Shown here piece by piece: positions 17,428 through 26,300 of a stretch of 27,163 nucleotides of DNA (position 1 is the stretch's first letter; each line of letters begins with the position of its first letter). The position numbers were made by a program, and so were the translations under genes. The stretch covers positions 1 to 27,163 of the forward strand of contig CAZFCT010000001.1 in assembly GCA_964517885.1 (NCBI GenBank). The letters are read 5' to 3'. This DNA is from Candidatus Woesearchaeota archaeon. Lineage in GTDB: Archaea; Nanobdellota; Nanobdellia; Pacearchaeales; GW2011-AR1. Below the pieces are notes generated by a model, which was given only the letters and a program-made list of their open reading frames with translations, searched no databases and was not told the DNA's origin.

Positions 17428-17694
17428 ATGAGAGTTCAGTTTCCAAAAGGAATGCAGAGGAAATTTTTGCAAAAAGTTTTAGAAAAAATAAATTGTCCGT
17501 CGATAAGTGAACTTGCAAATAGATTAAATTCTAATTATTCTTCTCTTAAAAATTATTTTGCTGAAGAGAGATGTATTCCTGAAAGTTTGTTTGAAGATTT
17601 ATGCTATGTTTCAAAAATGAATAAATCAGAATTTAAGTTTGATATTTTGGGAGAAAATTGGGGACAGAGCAAAGGTGGGAAAAATAAATTTTGA
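17428..17694 (+). CDS. Small HTH-like protein ending in a WGQxKGG motif
   Basis: SISELANRLNSNYSSLKNYFAEERCIP has an HTH pattern. C-terminal ENWGQSKGG. Divergent from rpl44e. Confidence 0.6.
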   Translation: MRVQFPKGMQRKFLQKVLEKINCPSISELANRLNSNYSSLKNYFAEERCIPESLFEDLCYVSKMNKSEFKFDILGENWGQSKGGKNKF

Positions 17695-17955
17695 TTATTT
17701 TGTTAAATTTAATGTTGAGTTCAAACTTGCATTTTGAAAAAGATTTGAAATTTGTGTAGGAATTATTGGTTGACTGGTAAATATTCTATAAAAAATCCAT
17801 CCAATAATTAAAATTGCTATTAAAATTAAAATTTTGTTTAGGTTATTTTTTCTCTTTTTTTGAACAAAAGCATAACCACATTTTATACAATAAGAATCTG
17901 TTAGAGAATTTGCAGTTCCACATCGAGGACAATATTTTACACCTATTCTTTTCAT
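17695..17955 (-). CDS. Zinc-ribbon membrane protein
   Basis: CPRCG...CIKCG followed by one TM helix (ILILIAILIIGWIFY). Confidence 0.8.
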   Translation of the reverse strand: MKRIGVKYCPRCGTANSLTDSYCIKCGYAFVQKKRKNNLNKILILIAILIIGWIFYRIFTSQPIIPTQISNLFQNASLNSTLNLTK

Positions 17956-17990
17956 ATAATTAAATAATTTCTTAATTTATAAATTATTAT

Positions 17991-18112
17991 AATGGTCCCA
18001 CGTAACTCGCGCCCGCAAAAATTGCATTAAAAATTTCTGGCATTCTTACAAACGCTCGGAATCGGACATCCGATTTTAGAATATTATTTCAGCTTCATTT
18101 CATTCAACTGAA
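17991..18112 (-). repeat. tRNA-Val-associated structured mini-element (copy B), ending in a 12-bp duplicate of the tRNA 3' end
   Basis: aatggtcccacg at 17991-18002 equals 18113-18124. Core 18005-18058 is homologous to 16006-16059. Hairpin at 18087-18113. Confidence 0.88.
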
Positions 18113-18114
18113 AA

Positions 18115-18186
18115 TGGTCCCACGCAGAATCGGACTGCGATCTTGTCCACGTCAAGGACACGTCTTAGCCATTGGACTATGGGACC
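18115..18186 (-). tRNA. trnV: tRNA-Val(GAC)
   Basis: Acceptor GGTCCCA/TGGGACC, anticodon stem TGTCC/GGACA, loop TT-GAC-GT, T stem CGCAG/CTGCG with atypical loop TCCGATT, A73. Confidence 0.92.
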
Positions 18187-18336
18187 TAAAAACTACCTGC
18201 GGTTTTTTACGAATTCTACAACTCCACAGGAAGTTGAAATTAATTTTACTAAAAGAATATATTTTAAAAGATTATTCCTTTTTTATAACTAACTTACTTA
18301 GTTAATTATTTATTTAATTAATTTGTTATTTATTTA

Positions 18337-18349
18337 GAAACTTTTATAA
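18337..18349 (+). promoter_or_regulatory. BRE/TATA promoter of the RHH - pilin-like - giant protein unit
   Basis: gaaacttttataa, about 25 nt upstream of ATG 18373 (leaderless spacing). Confidence 0.55.
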
Positions 18350-18372
18350 GCAATTAATTATTAATTACCTAA

Positions 18373-18501
18373 ATGAAAAAATATTTACTTTTAATAGAGG
18401 ATGAAAAACTTTGGGCGAAATTTAAGAATAAAATACAAAAAGATATTAATACGTCTATTTTAGAATTAATAAAGGAGTATGTTGATAATGATAAAAAATA
18501 A
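18373..18501 (+). CDS. 42-aa ribbon-helix-helix (Arc/CopG-like) DNA-binding microprotein, below the ORF-track length cutoff
   Basis: Translated by hand: MKKYLLLIEDEKLWAKFKNKIQKDINTSILELIKEYVDNDKK*. Beta strand + helix + helix pattern, own TATA box, overlaps the start of the next gene. Confidence 0.7.
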   Translation: MKKYLLLIEDEKLWAKFKNKIQKDINTSILELIKEYVDNDKK

Positions 18502-20344
18502 AATAGATAATCACGAAAATCGTCGTGGACAAGTTACAATTTTTATTATTCTCGCAATTTTAGTTGTTGGGGGAATTGTTACTTATTTAATCTTTAGACA
18601 AAATATTTCTTCTGTTTCTCTTCCCGCCAGTATTCAACCAGTTTATACTACATTTTTATCTTGTGTAGAAGAACAAACACAAATTGGAATAAATTTATTG
18701 GGTGCCCAAGCAGGATATATTGAACTTCCTGAATTTGAACCGGGTTCAAGTTATATGCCTTTTTCATCACAATTAAATCTTTTCGGAAATCCGATTCCTT
18801 ACTGGTATTATGTTTCTGGAAATAATATTCAAAGAGAACAAATTCCAACAGAACAAGATATGGAAAAATCTCTCGCGGATTTTATTGATGATAGAATTTC
18901 TTATTGTAATTTTGATAATTATTACGAAGATGGTTTTGAAATTTCTCTTGGTGAATCAAAAACAGTTGTTGATATGAAAAAAGGAGATGTTGTTGTTTCA
19001 ATGAATCTTGATTTATCAGTTAATAAAGGAGAAGACAGCGTCGTTGTTTCTAATCATAATGTTGAAGTTAAATCTAAAATTTTTGATTTGTATACTTCTG
19101 CGATGAAACTTTATGAAAAAGAACAGGAAGAATTATTTTTGGAAAATTATGGTGTTGATACACTTAGACTTTTTGCTCCTGTCGACGGTGTTGAATTAAC
19201 TTGTAGTCCTCTTGTTTGGAGTGCAGAAGAAATTTTTGATGATTTAAAAAATGCAATCGAGACAAATACTCTTGCTTTATCTACGGAAAATCCAATTAGT
19301 TCTGAAGAGAAATATTTTTATGTTGATACAGGGATTAATGAAAATGTGAGATTTATTAATTCAAAAGATTGGGCAAATAGTTTTGAGGTTCTTCCTTCTG
19401 AAGGGGTTTCTTTGATTGCTATGCCTGTTGGAAATCAAGAAGGACTTGGAATTTTAGGATTTTGTTATGTTCCATATCATTTTGTTTATAATCTTAATTA
19501 TCCTGTTTTAGTTCAAATTTACGACGGAGATGAAATTTTTCAGTTTCCTCTTGCTGTTGTAATTCAAGGAAATCAACCAAGAAAATCTTTGGATACTTCT
19601 GCAAAGAATATTGAAAATGAATTTTGCAAAGATAAAAATTCTTTTACTTCTGTAAATCTTTTTGATTCTGATTTGAATTCTGTTGATGCACAGATTTCTT
19701 ATGAGTGTTTTGGGACAACTTGTTATATTGGAGAATCTTCTTCTGGAAGTTTAGATGCTCAATTTCCTCAGTGTGTAAACGGTTATATTCTTGTGAGAGC
19801 AGAAGGTTTTGATGAAATGAAATATTTGTATTCTTCTGTTGCAGAAGGAAATGTAAACATTGTTTTGAATAAACTTTATGAATTAGATGTTGATTTGTCT
19901 GTTGGAGATTTGCGTTATAATGAACCCGCCATAATTTATTTTACTTCTGATTCTGGTTCAAAGATTGTTTCTTATCCGGAACAAACTAAAGTTAATCTCA
20001 GCGAGGGGGATTATGAAATTTCAGTTTATGTTTATAAAAATTCTTCAATTAATTTTCAGGAAACTACTACAGAACAATGTATAGATGTTGCTCAAACTGG
20101 TATTGGCGGTTTACTCGGATTTACAGAAAAGAAATGTTTTGATATTACTGTTCCTGCGCAGATAGTTTCAAATGTTCTTGCTGGTGGTGGAAAACAGGAT
20201 TATTCTATTTCTAATAATCTTATTAAATCTTCAAGTACTATCAAAATTAATGCAAATAAATTTTCTACTCCGAGGACAATTGAAGAACTTCAGAGTAATT
20301 ATTTGCTTTTTGAAGAAAATGGTTTGGAGGTTAATTTAATATGA
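18479..20344 (+). CDS. Large class III signal peptide (type IV pilin-like N-terminus) surface protein
   Basis: RRG/QVTIFIILAILVVGGIV prepilin-type cleavage motif and hydrophobic helix. About 590-aa extracellular body with several Cys. Likely start ATG 18488. Confidence 0.8.
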   Translation: MLIMIKNKIDNHENRRGQVTIFIILAILVVGGIVTYLIFRQNISSVSLPASIQPVYTTFLSCVEEQTQIGINLLGAQAGYIELPEFEPGSSYMPFSSQLNLFGNPIPYWYYVSGNNIQREQIPTEQDMEKSLADFIDDRISYCNFDNYYEDGFEISLGESKTVVDMKKGDVVVSMNLDLSVNKGEDSVVVSNHNVEVKSKIFDLYTSAMKLYEKEQEELFLENYGVDTLRLFAPVDGVELTCSPLVWSAEEIFDDLKNAIETNTLALSTENPISSEEKYFYVDTGINENVRFINSKDWANSFEVLPSEGVSLIAMPVGNQEGLGILGFCYVPYHFVYNLNYPVLVQIYDGDEIFQFPLAVVIQGNQPRKSLDTSAKNIENEFCKDKNSFTSVNLFDSDLNSVDAQISYECFGTTCYIGESSSGSLDAQFPQCVNGYILVRAEGFDEMKYLYSSVAEGNVNIVLNKLYELDVDLSVGDLRYNEPAIIYFTSDSGSKIVSYPEQTKVNLSEGDYEISVYVYKNSSINFQETTTEQCIDVAQTGIGGLLGFTEKKCFDITVPAQIVSNVLAGGGKQDYSISNNLIKSSSTIKINANKFSTPRTIEELQSNYLLFEENGLEVNLI

Positions 20345-23300
20345 TAAAAAAAATGAAACTTTTCGGATTTCTTTTTTTATTTGGAATTTTATTTTTGGGT
20401 TTTGTTTCTGCTTGGACAAGTTCAACTCCTCAATTGAGTCAGTATGGGATTTCTACATCAAGTAATATTGAAACTTCTTGTGGAGAAGGAACAGATTTTA
20501 TTGTTCAAATTGAACCTTTTGGTTGCACGCCTGCAGTTGTGAGACAAGATTTGATTGAGGAAAATGATGTTCCTGTTTTTTGTAAACTTGCTGTTACAAA
20601 AGTAAATCCTCTTGTTAATATTAATTTTATAGATAGTGTTTCAATTACAGGAGAATTATCTCCTTATGTTTCAGGAGTTGCATTTTACCCTGCGAGAGCT
20701 GCTTTAGATACAGATACACAATTAACTTCATCTGTTTTAGAGAATATTGGTTATGTTGTTATTAATTTAAAGAAACAAGAGAATGTTTCTGCTTTAGAAA
20801 ATTGTCGTGACGCTTCTTTTTTGGGTTTTCCTGTTGGAGAATTTTGTGTTATCGAAGGTAATTTAACAGCATATTTGGAATACGATGTTAATGAAGCGCT
20901 GGGTTTTGGTAATGCTGTTTTTTATATTCCAGAACTTGATGAAGAGGAATGGGAAATAAACAAAGATTTATATCAATTCTGGGGAAGAAGAGGTTATTTA
21001 AAAATAGATTCTGTTGATGTGGATGAGGCAACGATTTCTTTGTATGGAGATAATAAAAAAATTTCAGGTGTGACTTTGAAAAAAGGAGAAACCTCAGATA
21101 TAATTCCTGTTCCAAATATTGCGTGTGGTGCGGGTGTAAGATTAAAACTTGTTGATGTTGAAAATCCAGATACAAGAGCGCAACTTAGTATAAGTGGGGA
21201 AATTATTGAAGTTGGTGTTGGAGAGAAATTTTTGGATAATAAATGTGTTGTGAGAGAAATTGATAAAAAAGGTTTTTCACACTTGGTTAAAATAAAATGT
21301 ACTGAAGATGATAAGACAAACACTTTTGATTTGAGAGTTAGTCCTAAATTATCATTAAATATTAATGGAGTTGAAAGTGAAGTTGGTATTGGTGATTTTT
21401 TATACAACGACGGTGAAAATGCAATTTATCTTGGTTATGCTGGAACAAAATATAATTCTAATAAAATAGATGATTTGTTTATCTATTTTGTTTCAATGCC
21501 AAAATCTGTTGGAACTAAACTTAGTGAAAGTGATTTGTCTTCTATTGATTTTGTTGTTGGAGATTTAATTGAATCAAAACAAGAGGGCAGCGGTATTATT
21601 GATTCTGTTTCTGATGCTCTGAAGGGAATTGCTGGTGCAAGTAATAGATTATCTAGGCTTCTTGCGTATAAACAAAAATTATTTAGAATAGATTTTGGAG
21701 ATTCTAAAAATGTTTTTGGAACAGATGTTTTCATAGTTAATTATGCGGGTTCTGTTGATGGAGAATTATTTTCTGATTATGAAGAACATTATGAAAAAGC
21801 AATGACTTCTTATGATGAAATAATCAATAAGTATTCTTCAGAGATATATTTTGGAGATTTCAGTTATGGTGAGGAAGCTTTATCTTCAGAAATTGAACTT
21901 GCATATTTTGTTAATCAAAAAAGAGTTGCTGCTGAATTGTGCGAGCAGTTTAAAATTAATTATCCTGATGCGCTTATTCCTGTTCCTTGTAGATTAGTTT
22001 ACAAACTTTCAAGTGATAATTCTGATATGACTTCTGTTTTAATAAATAAAAAAATAAAAACAATTTCTTTGGAAGGAATTTATGAACCTACTTTTGAGGA
22101 ATATGGTGTTAGTGTTACTGTCTTAGATAAATTTGGAAAGATTCATTCTTACAATTTAATAAAAGATAAAGTGGTTTATTTACAGAATGATGGGGGAGAT
22201 TATTTGCAGTTGATTTCTGCTACAGAAAATTCTGCGAAGATAAAAACGAGTATAAGCACCGCAGGTGTGATGGACGCAATTAAAAAAGAATTTGGTTCTG
22301 ATACTATTACCATTGAAAAAGATATTCCTAAAGATTTTGCAGATTCTTCTATCACTTTAAATGAAATTAATTTGAAAAAAGTTGCGAAAGTTTCTTTGAC
22401 TTCAAATATTAACGACGCTGGAACAAAAGCGAATTTTAGTTTTCAGATTGGAATTGAGAAGAGAGCGATTAGTTTATCGACGAATCAAATTGAAAATATT
22501 ATTGAAGATTTGAATGATACAATTGAGAGTTTTGAAGAAATTTCAGACAATTTGGGAATTGTCGTCGATGGATTACAAAAAACTTGTCTTGCTACTGGAG
22601 CAATTTTAGTTACGAAAAATTTTATTTCTGGACTTGGTGGCGCAGGTATTGCAAGACAATATGTTATGAGGGGAGCAGAAGGTTGGTTTGAGAAATGTGC
22701 TGGTTTAGTTGATAATGATGAATATATTTCAATAGATAAATGTCTTTCTGATAATTCTGAACAAATTAATAAAGATGTTGAATCAATGACAAAAATAGTT
22801 GATGAGCAAAATAAAAAAATAAAAGAATTACAAGAGCAATCTTCTACAACGCAATTTTTATTGGAACAAGTTGTAAATGATGATTCTTTTATGAAAGGTT
22901 ATTCTGAACAAGTTAATAATAAAGTTTCTCAGAATTTGGATATTCCTGATGTAATTACAGACCCTTCTGGAAAAGGAGATTCAATTAATAAAGAAGATAT
23001 TTTGCAAATTCTTGATTATTCTGGTTGGGAAAATAATTATTATTCTGTTGAGGATTTAAGAAATATTGAACTTTATTCTGCAGTTTTGAATGATAATTCC
23101 GCAAGTAGTGAACTTAAGAAAATTGCTTACTCTGAACTTTATTCTGAACTTTCTGATATAAAATCTAATTCAAATTATTATTTAGAAAGACAAACAATTT
23201 CAAGTTCATTAAATAATGTTAATCCGTCGCAAATTAATTCTTTGTCTTCTGGAGAGAGAACAACTAAATTAGAATATCAAGGATTGACTGTTACAAATCT

Positions 23301-26300
23301 TGGTAAACAAATTCCTAATGAATCTTCTAATTCTCCTATTGCAATTGTTCAAACTTTGTCTGGAAAATATTCTGGAAAGAAATATGTTATTGTTTTGGAT
23401 TCTTCAGGTGGAAGTTCTAAATTACCAATTAAAAATTTAGATGGTAAACTTGCGATTTATGATTATCATTCTTTAAGTTTGGTAGAGACAAATGATTATC
23501 CTCCAGAATTACTTAATATTTATTTTGAGAAATATGATTCTTCAAATTATCAAAATCCTTACAAGAATGAGAAATTAAGATATTATGAAACAGAACCTTA
23601 CAAGGGATTACCTGCTGTTGTTCCTTTTGATTTAGATGAGGGTTGGTATGCAGCGACAAAACAGACACTTCCTGTTGCAGGAAATATTAGGGCTTATGAT
23701 GCTTCTGGAAAAGTTAATAGTTTTTATTTGTGTAATGTTGGTTCAAATGGTTTAGAAGAATTTTCTTCTTCAAGTTATGGTGATGACGAATGTATTTTAA
23801 TTAATACTGGAACAGGACAGCCATTTAGTCAGGTTCCTGGTTTGAGTGAATCTAATGCGAAGAAATTTGTTGATTGTGCTTTGGATGCGATTCAGCAAGC
23901 AGCGAATGCTTATCCAGCAACAGGACAAGTTCAAATTAATACAAATTGTGGAGGGAGAATTAGAGTTAGTGTTGGAGAACCTGCTGTGGATGTTCCTGAT
24001 TTTGCATGTCAAGATTTTATGTCCCCTGACGAATGTTTATTATTGTTTAATGTTTGTGATCCTGTCCTTTGTCCGTCGAGCAGATGTGATTTTGGAGGAA
24101 GTTATCCTGTTAGTAATGTTGCGCAGACAGGAATTATTGGAAGTTTAGTCTTATGTTTACCAAATGCTCAAGAAGGAATTTTAATTCCCATTTGTCTTAC
24201 AGGTGTAAAAGCAGGTGTTGATTCTTTCTTATCTGTTTTAACTTCTTATAGGGGTTGTTTACAAGAAAGTTTAGATACTGGAAAGATGGCGGGAATTTGT
24301 GATGAAATGTATAGTATCTACATCTGTGATTTTTTCTGGGAACAAGCACTTCCTCTTGCGGACATAGTTATTCCTAAATTAATTGAAGTTATGCTTGGAC
24401 AAAATGTTCGTGGAGGAGGAGAATATCTTACTGTGCAGAATGCTTTAGAAAATTCAGATAAGGCTTTGTCATATTTTTCAAATTATTATGGAACTAATAT
24501 AAAAGAAGCATTTACATTAAGAACAAAAGAAGTAATTCAGAATGAGGTTTGTAAAAATTTTGTCTCTGGTGTTGCTCCTTCTGGTGCGGATTTAATTGAT
24601 AGTTTGACAACTGCAGATTCTCCTACACAATTTTATGGAAAGTTTGAAGAAAATACTTTGACAACAGCGACGGTTCCTGCAATTTCACATTACAAAGTAT
24701 TTTATCATATTTATGCTGGGGAAAATTTGGGTGCGTATTATAAAGTTTATTTAAAGGGAAATCCAGAAACTTCTTATTATCAGGATACATCTTCTGTATT
24801 GACTGTTGCGTCTGGTTATGTTAATGCTGGAGGTTATGCAACAGAATCAAAAGATATTACTGGAACTTCTGGGTATCAACAACTTTGTATAAGTGTAAAT
24901 GACCAAGAGGAATGCGGATTTAAATCTGTTACAACTGAATTTGCAATTAATTATGCTAAAGATGAATATCTTTCAAACCAAGCAGAAACAACAAAAATTA
25001 CGACACAGAAAGAATGTATTTCTGGAACAACTAGTTTGTATAATTTACTTAATTTGAATGTTCAAGAGGGAGTTGAATCTGCAATTGATCCTGCAATTTA
25101 TACACAAGGAATTACTCGTGTTTGTGCAACTTCAAATCCTGGGAAAAATTCAGACACTAATTATGATACTGATAATGCAAGATGGGTTGATGTTGGTTAT
25201 TGTGATGATAAAAATATGAAATGTTGGATTGATACAGAAAGTGTTAAAGAAGTTATAAAAACTGTTTCAGTTGAAGAGAACACTTTGGAGAATCTTACAG
25301 AAACTACAATTTCTACTTTGCAAAAAGAAGGGATTTATTTAAGTGAATCTGAATTTAATTCAAAAGTTAAAGAGATTGAATCAGAAGAAGAATATGGAAA
25401 TAAAATTCTTTTGATAGAAGGTATTTTTGATAAATCTCCTTGGAGTTACCAGAAAGCGAAGTTATTATTATTAAAAGGGGATACTTATTTTTCTATTCTT
25501 CGTTCTTTAATTGTAGAGAATAAGGTTACTTCTTCAGATATTACTTCTCAAGGAGAAAATATTCCTTCTTCAGAGGAAACTGTTGAAACTGTTGAAACTA
25601 CACAAACTTATCAATCTGCAATAGAAAATGTGGAGGTTAATTCTTTAAGTGATTTACAAAAAGTAGTTTTAGAATCAACGCAGAATTTAGAAGGAAAAAG
25701 TGCTTCAAGAGATGTTTATGAACATTGTTTTGATGCAGCATATCAAGTTTATAGAAATGCAAAAAGTGATTATCCTGATTTGAATATTAAATCTTTTTGT
25801 GTTTATTCTGATGAAGAAAAGAAATCTTATACAATTGCTAATGAAAAATGTTTGAAAAAACCATGCAGTTCTGATACAGTTTCTACAACTATTCATTTGT
25901 CTGGGCAACCTTTCCCTTATTTTGCTGTTTATAAAAATTGTGAAAAAGTTGGGACGAAGTTATCTGAAAAAGATAAATTATCTCAATTGCAAACAGGAGA
26001 TTTAATTTCTTATGTTTTTAGAAATGATTCTGGACATAATGCAATTTTTATTGGATGGGCTGATGAAGAAAATAATATTGCGAGTTTATTTGATTGGAAT
26101 GGTTATTCTAATAATGGGCCTGTTTTTAGATATTACAAAGAAGATTTGAGTGATGATAAACATCCTGTTTATGTTTTTTGGAGAGTTAAATCTTCTAATA
26201 AAGAAGAATTTCCTACAGAAGCAATTATTGATTATCTTCCTAAAGACACACAGGAAGAAATATATAAACTTGATTCTCCGACGACAATTGTTAATAAAGA

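Noticed and set aside
17368-17472. N-terminal extension of eL42 given in the ORF track (137 aa)
   Set aside because: It runs through the promoter and into the divergent HTH gene. The conserved eL42 start MKIPK is at 17367.
15985-18124. Interpreting the tRNA-associated repeats as a CRISPR array or as canonical BHB tRNA introns
   Set aside because: There are only two copies, 2 kb apart, with no repeat-spacer periodicity and no cas genes. Each tRNA is already complete without splicing, and I could not identify a clear bulge-helix-bulge.
18114-18305. 63-aa ORF MVPRRIGLRSC...
   Set aside because: It is the antisense reading of tRNA-Val, a typical shadow ORF.
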